NCBI GenBank assembly: GCA_964611365.1
Contig: CAZSYS010000004.1
Coordinates: forward strand, 1-37,256
Direction of reading: 5' to 3'
DNA: 37,256 nucleotides
Source of the DNA: an uncultured Planctomycetales bacterium
GTDB taxonomy: Bacteria > Planctomycetota > Phycisphaerae > UBA1845 > PWPN01
Part shown: positions 27,027-34,919 of the stretch, one piece after another
How positions within the stretch are numbered: the stretch's first letter is position 1
How the letters are laid out: every line of letters starts with the position of its first letter
Translations under genes and position numbers: made by a program
The notes under the pieces: model-generated
The model's input: the letters and a program-made list of their open reading frames with translations, nothing else
The model's database searches: none
Told to the model about the DNA's origin: nothing

Positions 27027-28160
27027 ATGCGCGAGTTGACGACCGCAGATCGCATCGGCAGCGTGAGAGCGGGCTGGCTCAAGCTGCGCAGCCTTCAGGC
27101 CAGGACTCCGCCCAGTGCTGATCCAGATCGTTTCCTGGCCACTTTGACAGCCATGAAGGATGCTGCGCCATACATCGCGGTGCTGGGCGGTAGTGATTCC
27201 CCATCCGCAATGGTCATCGCGAGGATCCAGAGGCGATCCTCTCAACGCTCCCTTGGTTACCTGCGGTTCGGGACGCCCAACCTGCGATATCTGGATGTGG
27301 TCTACGGCGGCTTGCTCACCGACCTCAGGCCAGAGTCCTGCCTCCAGGTTTCACAGCATCTCCAAAGCCTGCTTGACAGGGGTTACATCGATTGCGTGGC
27401 GATCAATCATCTGCCTGTGCGAGACCCTATGTTCTCGGCCCTTCATGCGCGCCGGATGCTGATCGCCCCGCCGGAAGCACACTGGCGACTTCTTCTGCAT
27501 CCGGACGGCTACGAGAAGACCATCGCGGGCTTCTCCAAGAAGCACCGCTACAACATGCGCCGATGCGAACGGCAGCTTCGAGATCACTTCAATGGTCACG
27601 TGAGGCTGCGGGTCTTCACGAGAGGACCGGAAGAGTTCGCCCCTGGAGCTGACCGCGTGGCGGCCAGTACATACCAGTTCGCGATGGGAGTAGGCTTCAG
27701 AGACTCCGCCGTGTGGCGGGCGATTCTGGAGAGCGAGGCTTGCCAGGCACGAATGCGATGCTATTGGCTGGAGTGCGAAGGCGAGCCCATCGCCTTTCAG
27801 GCAGGTTGTGTCTACGGGGACACCTACTTTCTGGAGGCGATCGGCTACCTACCCGAGCACCAACGACTCTCGCCGGGCACCGTGTTGCTTCTGCTCGTGC
27901 TCCAGGACCTCTGCAGCGAAGGCATCGGTGCCGTGGACTACGGGTTCGGGCATGCCGACTACAAGGAAATCTACGGCACCGAGTCCTGGGAAGAACGGAC
28001 CGTGTTGCTCTACGGGTCCGGGCTGCGTCTCGCGACCTGCATCGGGATGGAACGATGCTTCACCGTTCTTGACGGGATGGCGAAGCGGGGAGCCGAGAGG
28101 CTTGGCCTGCTGCGCAAGGTCAAGTCGCTCTGGAGGAGCCGACTCCGCAGGTCCCCCTGA
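27027..28160 (+). CDS. CelD/FemAB-like (Acetyltransf_6-type) GNAT-fold protein
   Basis: FSKKHRYNMRRCERQL and YFLEAIGYLPEHQRLSPGTVLLLLVLQDLCSEGIGAVDYGFGHADYKEIYG match the CelD-like pattern. It is a paralogue of the N-terminal domain of the 14051-15853 product. Confidence 0.75.
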   Translation: MRELTTADRIGSVRAGWLKLRSLQARTPPSADPDRFLATLTAMKDAAPYIAVLGGSDSPSAMVIARIQRRSSQRSLGYLRFGTPNLRYLDVVYGGLLTDLRPESCLQVSQHLQSLLDRGYIDCVAINHLPVRDPMFSALHARRMLIAPPEAHWRLLLHPDGYEKTIAGFSKKHRYNMRRCERQLRDHFNGHVRLRVFTRGPEEFAPGADRVAASTYQFAMGVGFRDSAVWRAILESEACQARMRCYWLECEGEPIAFQAGCVYGDTYFLEAIGYLPEHQRLSPGTVLLLLVLQDLCSEGIGAVDYGFGHADYKEIYGTESWEERTVLLYGSGLRLATCIGMERCFTVLDGMAKRGAERLGLLRKVKSLWRSRLRRSP

Positions 28161-28209
28161 AGACGGTGTTCCCGCACGCCTGGCACAAGGCCTCCGAGGA
28201 ATCGCGAGC

Positions 28210-28923
28210 ATGTGGTTGACCCCTGCGCTCGGAGCCACCGCCACACTGGCAGCCTGGTATGCCGTCCCCCATGTCGTCAAGTGCATCGGCATCTCCAGGC
28301 TGAGTCGCCTCTGTGCGCGCACACGCTCGCTGGTCCTGACGTACGATGACGGACCCAGCCGGCAGCTGACCCCTCGCCTGCTTTCCCTCCTCGCCAGGCA
28401 CAACGCTATGGCGACGTTCTTCCCGCTCGGTCGCCGGGTTATGGAAATGCCCGATCTGGTGGAGCAAGTCGCACGTGCTGGCCACGAACTTGGATGTCAC
28501 ACTTTCGCGCACACGCATGCCTGGAAGACATGTCCCTGTCGGGCAATCGAGGATATAGCCGAGGGCTACCGGGCTTTGAGCCGCTGGATCGACCATCGAG
28601 CGCTGTTTCGTCCCCCCCATGGCAAGATGACACTCGCCACCTGGCTGGCGTTACGTCGACGGGGGGCCAGCCTCGCATGGTGGACCGTGAACTCGGGCGA
28701 TACGAGAGCGTTGCTACCGGACCCCGCCGCCGTTGTCAGGGCAATCCACCGCCGCAACGGCGGAGTCATCCTCATGCACGACTTCGTTCCGGACAACAAT
28801 CATGGTATCGAGCGAAGCGAATTCGTACTTCAGGTTACCGAACGCCTGCTGCATCATGCCCGGAATTGTCGACTCGCCGTGCGCCGCCTGAGCGACGTGC
28901 ACAAACCCGAGCGCTCGCCGTAG
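28210..28923 (+). CDS. Polysaccharide deacetylase (CE4/NodB family)
   Basis: ATG 28210 is preceded by GAGGAA. N-terminal TM segment, LVLTYDDGPS (motif 1), HELGCHTFAH (motif 2), FRPPHG and ILMHD. The longer ORF from 27808 overlaps the upstream gene and was rejected. Confidence 0.85.
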   Translation: MWLTPALGATATLAAWYAVPHVVKCIGISRLSRLCARTRSLVLTYDDGPSRQLTPRLLSLLARHNAMATFFPLGRRVMEMPDLVEQVARAGHELGCHTFAHTHAWKTCPCRAIEDIAEGYRALSRWIDHRALFRPPHGKMTLATWLALRRRGASLAWWTVNSGDTRALLPDPAAVVRAIHRRNGGVILMHDFVPDNNHGIERSEFVLQVTERLLHHARNCRLAVRRLSDVHKPERSP

Positions 28924-28999
28924 CCCCGCCTGAGCAACCGCGCCGCAGAACAGACGGCCTGACGCGGCGTTGCCCCTCGCCGAGCTTCTGTAGACGTCG

Positions 29000-31900
29000 T
29001 CAGTAGAGAGACCTGTACTGTAAGTACATGTCTCTCGCGAATGGCGACCAGGCAGTCCCTCCGTTGTAGGGGCCTCCGTACGAGGGCCAGAGCTGCTTGA
29101 TCGTCGCGAAGATGGGAACATCGTCCTCGTACATCCATCGGTCCACGTAGTCGAAATAGGCCGGGTGGTTCCAGGCGTCCTTCAAGCCGAGAATCCTCGC
29201 GGCGATCGTCTGGCCCGGAACGGCAAAGGCGCAGATCCGTCTGTACTGGTCGTGCTTCACGTAAGGATACTGGCCGCCAGTATTCGGAAACGGGGCACTA
29301 CCCCAGGTGGAGGGATGCCGGTGCTCGTGCCGCCACGGATTCCCCTGGGTGTCCAGACTGTCGGCAGGTGTCAGGCACCACATCGCGTTTGACGCGTAAG
29401 GATGACCGGAATCCTGCCAGCCCGTCCATAGGCTCTCGCCGTAGGACTGTCCGTAGTAGGTGGATAGGTCCTCATGCACATCATATTCGTCCAGAGTCAA
29501 TATCTCACTACGGTTGAGCATCAGGCCGGCAAACAGAATCGGCAGCTTCCTCCCGAGCATCTGGCCGCCATTTGACGGCCACATGTGCTTGTGCATCAGG
29601 GCGGTGTGGTAGTTGTCGATGCCGATTTGGATCAGGCCGATGGCCAGAGGCCGCTTGTGCTGCAGATCGTAATCGCAACACAGTAGGCAGGCGGCGTCCC
29701 CCAGGACGCCAGCAATCTCCCGGCCGTAGTTAGGCATGTTGTCCGCAGGGTGCATCTGCCGACTGGGCCAGTCCGCAAGATGATCGATCCATGGGCGTCG
29801 CAGATAGCTCGCGTACGCCGCGATGGACGGCGCAGAGCTTGGACGCGGGAGGCTGGGAAGTCTTCCCCACGTGATCTCAGACTCCAGGTACAGGGTTTTC
29901 ACGCTGCCGACATATGGCGGCCTGAAAGCACCCTCAGGCGGAACGGTGGGCACGCATGTCAGGATGGCGGCGGACTTCGTCACCGCGCTTGATGGCACGT
30001 TCACGGTTGTGCCGATCAGGTCGACATACGAAGCAACAGCCAGGCTTTCCGTCGACACCAGGGAGGAACCGCTGGAGACCTCGAATGGCGGCGTCCTCGC
30101 ATCAGACGCATTGTAGTAGAAATTGCGATCGTCATAGGCTTGGGTGTTGCCCGGCACCGGGTTGATCATCGAGCCATTTCGTCCGCCTGCCGGCGCGGGG
30201 CTGATCGCCGTCACCGTCACCGGTCCCACCACCCACCAGTCCCCCGTCACGAAATGCCCCACCTGGTAAGCCTGGTCGAACGTCCAGGTGATCCCGTACT
30301 GCTCCAACTGAGCCGCAAATACTTTGACCGTGACCTCGTCGCTGGCCTGCTGGCCCTGGTGGTCCGTGACGGTCAGGACGTAGGTGGCCGTGCCGTCGGG
30401 ATGGACCGAGGGGCGCAGGGCGCCGGGGCTGTCGATGGTTGAGACCGGGGTCCAGGAGTACTGAACCGGGGCCCAGGCATAGGTGTAGGGCCCCACGCCG
30501 CCGCTGACCGTGGCGTCCAGGGTCACCGACTGCCCCTGGTTGATGGTCTTGTCCGGACCGGCGCTGACGACCAGCGTCCCGCCGGCCGCGTCATTATCGG
30601 CCTCGGTGGCGGTCACATCCCTGTTCGCCAGGCCCGTTGCGCTGCATCGGATCGTTGCCTGGCCGTTGGTGGTGTCGGCGTCCTCGGCCGCCGCCAGGGT
30701 GACCGTCTGGTAGGTGGCGTAGTTGGCCGGCGTGAAGGTCAGGGCCGCGCCGGACTGGACCGCAATGTCGGCGTCGCCGCCGGACCGGCTGACGTTCACG
30801 GTGACGTTGGAGGCCGGGGCGGCACTCAGCCTGACCTGGAACGTGCCCGTAGCACCCTCCGGCACGGACACGTCGCTGACGTTCGTCTGAATCGTCACGG
30901 GAACCGCGTCATTATCGGCCTCGGTGGCGGTCACATCCCTGTTCGCCAGGCCCGTTGCGCTGCATCGGATCGTTGCCTGGCCGTTGGTGGTGTCGGCGTC
31001 CTCGGCCGCCGCCAGGGTGACCGTCTGGTAGGTGGCGTAGTTGGCCGGCGTGAAGGTCAGGGCCGCGCCGGACTGGACCGCAATGTCGGCGTCGCCGCCG
31101 GACCGGCTGACGTTCACGGTGACGTTGGAGGCCGGGGCGGCACTCAGCCTGACCTGGAACGTGCCCGTTCCGCCCTCGGGAACGATCACCGAATTCGTAT
31201 TCGTGACGATGAGCGGAGTCGCAGGCGCGGCCACAATCGTCGGACTGCTGACCTGCATGCTGCCGACGCTGACGCAGCGGGCGAAGTTGTTCAGCAGACC
31301 GACGCCGCTCTGCTCGGTGCGGAAGGCGTAATCCACCGCCAGCGTCGTCTCCGCCCCGGCCCCCTGCGGCCGGACGTACACGCTGTAGCGCTTCGCCGGC
31401 ACGTCCACGACCATCCGGAAGTGGTAGCTGGTGCCCGCCGCGTAGGTCAGCGTGGCCGCCGCCTGGTAGGCGCCGCCGTTGCGCACATCGATCGTCCCGG
31501 AGGTGTTGAACCGCACGATCGCGGCCAGCTGGGTGTAAGCAGAGGCGGCGTTCTGCGACAGGCCGATCACGCCGTCCATGCCGGACTGGCCGGGGGTCGC
31601 GTCGAATTCGGCGCTGAACTGGCCGGCCTGGGTCGCGAAACTCGTGTTCTGCCAGGTCGGCGGAGCGGCGTTCACCGTCAGCTGCCAGGTCTCATCGTCG
31701 CTGCCGGCGGCGTTGCTCGCCCGGATGGTGATCGTGTGCGGGCTGCCTGCGGTCGTGGGAATCGCCCAGTTGACCCGGCCGCCCAGCGAACTGATGGTCA
31801 TGCCCGCCGGACCCGACACCAGCGACCAGGTCACCGGCGTGGTGCCCGCGGTCAGCGCCGGCTGCGGTCCGGTATACGCAGAACCGGCAGTGTGCGACGC

Positions 31901-33361
31901 GTCCGGAATGTCCGCGATGACCGGAGCTACGGCCACCGTGTTCACCGTCAGCAGCCAGCTCTCATCGTCGCTGCCGGCGGCGTTGCTCGCCCGGATGGTC
32001 ACCGTATGCGGGCTTCCCTGTGAGGACGGGTTGCCCCAGCGAACCACGCCGGTCCCCGGGTCGATGGTCATCCCCGCCGGACCGGCCGCCAGCGACCAGG
32101 TCACCGGCGCGGTACCCTGGATCAATTCGGGCGTGCGCTCATACGGTGTCCCGTCACTGACCGCGTGATCCTCGATCGCCGTGATCAGCGGAACCACCGG
32201 CGCCTCCGGTGCATACACCCTCACGAACGCCTGCTTGGTCAGAACGTCCGATCGCCCCTCGGCATCCATGACCGTCAGCGTCACGTCGTACTCGCCCGGC
32301 TGGGTGTAGGTGTGCGAAGGCCGGACGCCCGTTCCGGCCGCGCCCTCGCCCTGGAACTGCCAGATGTACTGGGTGATCGCCCCGGTCGAGGCCCCGGCGT
32401 CGAAACCCACCGTCAGCGGCGCCACCCCGGCGGTCGGGCTGGTGGCCAGGAAGCTGGCCGCCGGTCCGGTGTAGACCGGGCCGCCCGGATTGCCGTAATC
32501 CCGCGTGATCCGCGTGCTTTCCGGGGCATCCGCGCTGCTGCAGGCGAACGGAGCCAGCCCGGCCAGCGTCGCCGTCAGGGTGAACGCGTACCGCCCCGGA
32601 ATGTTGAGTCTCTTGGCGAGGAAGGCCCCCGTCTCGCTCATGGCACTGCCGCCTCCGGGCGGCTCGATGGACCAGACGTACAGGCCGTCCGGCAGCGGCG
32701 AACCGTCCGCGGTGGCCGCCGCGCAGACCGCCGTCACCGGCATCTGCAGCCCCCGGTCCGATCCCGGATCGACCGAGAACCGGATCTCAGGATACACCAG
32801 CACCACGACGGTGTCGCTCCCTGCCACCTGCCCACCGGCGCCGTCCCAGACTTCAAACCGCAGAACATACCGGCCGGACGCCTGAAAAGACGCGCTGGTC
32901 TGCCGCCCGCCCGGATCGCCGAAGGCCATCGCGCCCGGCGCCGACTCCACGCTCCACCGGTAGCCCAGACCGGCCGGCTCCGAACCTTCGGCGGTCCGCA
33001 CCACGGCCTGCAGCTGAACGACCGCGTCCGGCAGCCGCGCCGCCGCGTCCGCGCCGGCGTCCACCACCAGGTCCGAGGCAACCATCGGCGCGGCTCCGCC
33101 GCCCTGCGAGGGTGCGGCCGGCGGCGCGCTGCCCAGAACTTGTTCGCCCGGGGACGCCTGGTCGCTCGAAGACGGCAGCGGGGCGGGCGCCGGGCCGCAC
33201 ATCTGCCCCTGACACAGGACCGACGCCACCAGCATCGCCAGCAGCCCCGGTCGGCGGCCCGCCGCCAGCCGGCGCCGGATGCAATCCAACCGCGCATCGC
33301 AGTCACCGCCCCCCGCGGCGGTCGTCTTGAAGGACACCCCGTTGTGGATCCTGCTGGCCAT
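29000..33361 (-). CDS. Large secreted multidomain protein (PKD-like, Ig-like and LamG-like modules, two identical 88-aa units, unassigned C-terminal domain)
   Basis: ATG 33361 is followed by a signal-like RRRLAAGRRPGLLAMLVASVL segment. PKD-like modules are present (PLTVGFDAGASTG...HTYTQPGEYDVTLTVMDAEG; SAGPDKTINQGQSVTLDATVSGGVGPYTYAW). There are two PVTWSL..GPAGMTI...SPHT.TIRASNAAGSDDE Ig-like modules and a concanavalin/LamG-like segment. The last ~435 aa are unassigned. The ORF stays open upstream to 33961, but codons at 33362-33470 are AT3-rich and atypical. Confidence 0.78.
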   Translation of the reverse strand: MASRIHNGVSFKTTAAGGGDCDARLDCIRRRLAAGRRPGLLAMLVASVLCQGQMCGPAPAPLPSSSDQASPGEQVLGSAPPAAPSQGGGAAPMVASDLVVDAGADAAARLPDAVVQLQAVVRTAEGSEPAGLGYRWSVESAPGAMAFGDPGGRQTSASFQASGRYVLRFEVWDGAGGQVAGSDTVVVLVYPEIRFSVDPGSDRGLQMPVTAVCAAATADGSPLPDGLYVWSIEPPGGGSAMSETGAFLAKRLNIPGRYAFTLTATLAGLAPFACSSADAPESTRITRDYGNPGGPVYTGPAASFLATSPTAGVAPLTVGFDAGASTGAITQYIWQFQGEGAAGTGVRPSHTYTQPGEYDVTLTVMDAEGRSDVLTKQAFVRVYAPEAPVVPLITAIEDHAVSDGTPYERTPELIQGTAPVTWSLAAGPAGMTIDPGTGVVRWGNPSSQGSPHTVTIRASNAAGSDDESWLLTVNTVAVAPVIADIPDASHTAGSAYTGPQPALTAGTTPVTWSLVSGPAGMTISSLGGRVNWAIPTTAGSPHTITIRASNAAGSDDETWQLTVNAAPPTWQNTSFATQAGQFSAEFDATPGQSGMDGVIGLSQNAASAYTQLAAIVRFNTSGTIDVRNGGAYQAAATLTYAAGTSYHFRMVVDVPAKRYSVYVRPQGAGAETTLAVDYAFRTEQSGVGLLNNFARCVSVGSMQVSSPTIVAAPATPLIVTNTNSVIVPEGGTGTFQVRLSAAPASNVTVNVSRSGGDADIAVQSGAALTFTPANYATYQTVTLAAAEDADTTNGQATIRCSATGLANRDVTATEADNDAVPVTIQTNVSDVSVPEGATGTFQVRLSAAPASNVTVNVSRSGGDADIAVQSGAALTFTPANYATYQTVTLAAAEDADTTNGQATIRCSATGLANRDVTATEADNDAAGGTLVVSAGPDKTINQGQSVTLDATVSGGVGPYTYAWAPVQYSWTPVSTIDSPGALRPSVHPDGTATYVLTVTDHQGQQASDEVTVKVFAAQLEQYGITWTFDQAYQVGHFVTGDWWVVGPVTVTAISPAPAGGRNGSMINPVPGNTQAYDDRNFYYNASDARTPPFEVSSGSSLVSTESLAVASYVDLIGTTVNVPSSAVTKSAAILTCVPTVPPEGAFRPPYVGSVKTLYLESEITWGRLPSLPRPSSAPSIAAYASYLRRPWIDHLADWPSRQMHPADNMPNYGREIAGVLGDAACLLCCDYDLQHKRPLAIGLIQIGIDNYHTALMHKHMWPSNGGQMLGRKLPILFAGLMLNRSEILTLDEYDVHEDLSTYYGQSYGESLWTGWQDSGHPYASNAMWCLTPADSLDTQGNPWRHEHRHPSTWGSAPFPNTGGQYPYVKHDQYRRICAFAVPGQTIAARILGLKDAWNHPAYFDYVDRWMYEDDVPIFATIKQLWPSYGGPYNGGTAWSPFARDMYLQYRSLY
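30586..31168. repeat. Perfect in-frame tandem duplication (265 nt identical, period 318 nt)
   Basis: 30586-30850 is base-for-base identical to 30904-31168 by direct comparison. The remaining 53 nt of each unit are diverged. Each copy encodes the same 88 aa (...TFQVRLSAAPASNVTVNVSRSGGDADIAVQSGAALTFTPANYATYQTVTLAAAEDADTTNGQATIRCSATGLANRDVTATEADNDA). Confidence 0.95.
31670..32120. repeat. Diverged tandem repeat, period 270 nt (two Ig-like modules)
   Basis: GTTCACCGTCAGC.GCCAG.TCTCATCGTCGCTGCCGGCGGCGTTGCTCGCCCGGATGGT occurs at 31670 and 31940. GATGGTCAT.CCCGCCGGACC......CAGCGACCAGGTCACCGGCG recurs about 270 nt apart. Confidence 0.8.
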
Positions 33362-33470
33362 GGTGCTTTCCCCGTCCTCGCTGTGGCTGGCCGGTGTCGG
33401 CAAAAGGGGGCGTCCAAGTCTACGATGTAAATCAGCGAGACGGCGCAGAATCGGCATTTTGGGGAGAACA
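33362..33470 (-). promoter_or_regulatory. Candidate promoter/5' leader of the large secreted-protein gene
   Basis: Locally AT-richer patch (- strand: TGTTCTCCCCAAAATGCCGATTCTGCGCCGTCTCGCTGATTTACATCGTAGACTTGGA). A GGACGGGGAAAG purine run sits just upstream of ATG 33361. Confidence 0.3.
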
Positions 33471-34216
33471 GGGCCCTGCGACGGTCCGATAGCCAGTCGG
33501 CCGGAAACGTTTCCGACAGCGGCCGCGTCGGGATCCGGGCCCGGATAACGCGCGTCTCCCGGCGCCTCGACCGGCCGGACGTCCGATAGCCCGGCCTCGC
33601 CCGGACCGGCCGCCAGCGGCCCCGACCCGCCGGCTGCGAGAACAATCCCGAGGCCCGCAGCGTCCGAGGCTCCGGCAGGGATCGCAAAGAACAGAACAGA
33701 CAGCAGGAAGGCAGTCATGAGCGAGGCGGTCCGGCCCCCTGCTCCGGCACCGTGACGGGGAAGACCCGCCGGGCCTCTGTGGTGGGACACGCAAGCCATT
33801 CCGCCTCCAGGCAGGCTCTGCCGGCTGGCTCCGCAGCTCCGGCGGCCGGGCCTCATGCACGGCCGGGCCGGCGCGGATGTCGCGGTTACCCCTGCTCCCG
33901 GGAAGCCGCCGCCGGACGTCGCCAGCTTCGTCGATGGACCCGCGGACGACGCGCGCATCATGCGCGGGGCTCAGGAAAGGCGCGCGGCCTTCCCCCGCAT
34001 GGTGTCGGCAGCCCGGAAAAACAGGAACCCCCGGGCCCTCTCTTTGAGGGCGGACACACTATACCCGGCAGGCGTCCGTCCATACAGCCCTGATCGCTGC
34101 GAAAAACCGATCACAGACTCTCGGCCTCGCGCCGTGACGCAATACACGGAGAATACTGAGGTTGCGTCGCCTTCGGCGAAAAGCCGGCCGCGTGTGCGGT
34201 CGCGGGGAAGACGCGC

Positions 34217-34678
34217 TCAGCCCTCGACGCTGAGTGTTCCGCAGGCCAGGTCGGCCTCGGCGGGAGGGGGCGAAGAGGGGGGCGGCGTGACCGGGCCGCT
34301 GCGTTCCTCGCGCAGCTTCTCCATGAGCATGACCCAGGTTTCGCGCTGGTAGCTGAGGATGCTCAGCGCGTCCTCGGCGGGCTTGACGTCGCGGTTGCAG
34401 CAGGCCTCCACGAGCTTGTTGTAGACGAAGTTGTACAGGCCCGCCATACGCGTGCAGAGATTGCGGTCCACGTCGTAGTTCAGCGCCGCCGTCATCTCCA
34501 GCATGATCCGCTGGGCGCGGCTGAAGCCGTTGAACGCCGCTTCCCAGTCGCGGTTCTTCAGGCCGTCGATGCCCTGGCGCGTGAAGCGCAGCGCTCCGTC
34601 GTACAGCATCAGGTGCAGCTGCTCCGGCGTCGCCGTCATGACCGTGCTGCGCAGGTATTCGTTGGAAACGTTGGCCAT
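34217..34678 (-). CDS. fliS: Flagellar export chaperone FliS
   Basis: MANVSNEYLRSTVMTATPEQLHLMLYDGALRF...LNYDVDRNLCTRMAGLYNFVYNKLVEA is the typical FliS four-helix pattern. It lies immediately downstream of fliD. ATG 34678 is preferred over the upstream ATG 34723. Confidence 0.88.
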   Translation of the reverse strand: MANVSNEYLRSTVMTATPEQLHLMLYDGALRFTRQGIDGLKNRDWEAAFNGFSRAQRIMLEMTAALNYDVDRNLCTRMAGLYNFVYNKLVEACCNRDVKPAEDALSILSYQRETWVMLMEKLREERSGPVTPPPSSPPPAEADLACGTLSVEG

Positions 34679-34919
34679 GGCCGGACTTGTTATCGGTTCG
34701 CCGCCCGCGCGGGTTGACCACATTCCGGCCTGAAGACCGCGACCGCCGGTGCCCCCCTGCGGCCGGAAGGTGCCGCTGGGGCGGGCGCTACGCGTAGCAA
34801 CTTATCGGGCGTGCTAGCGGGGCGGGGGTGCCCGAGCCGGCGCGGCCCGGACCCGTTCGGACGTCGTTCCGCCCCGCCGCGTGCGCCGGACCCGCCCCAC
34901 GCCGGTTCCCCCGGTCCGC

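Noticed and set aside
27808-28209. Upstream extension of the second CE4 deacetylase ORF
   Set aside because: It overlaps the well-supported CelD-like gene in another frame. ATG 28210, with GAGGAA upstream, gives a normal TM-anchored NodB protein.
28924-28999. Possible bidirectional terminator between the convergent CE4 and giant-protein genes
   Set aside because: Only an imperfect 5-bp stem (CGCCG...CGGCG) could be drawn and there is no U-tract. This is insufficient to call.
32165-33430. 421-aa + strand ORF (and 35266-36750 + strand, 494 aa) opposite the giant protein and fliD
   Set aside because: Arg/Pro- or Ser/Pro-rich translations opposite genes with clear domain structure. These are shadow ORFs.
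29000-33961. Giant secreted protein as the PEP-CTERM substrate of the neighbouring exosortase
   Set aside because: The C-terminus (...DMYLQYRSLY) has no PEP motif, no hydrophobic helix and no basic tail.
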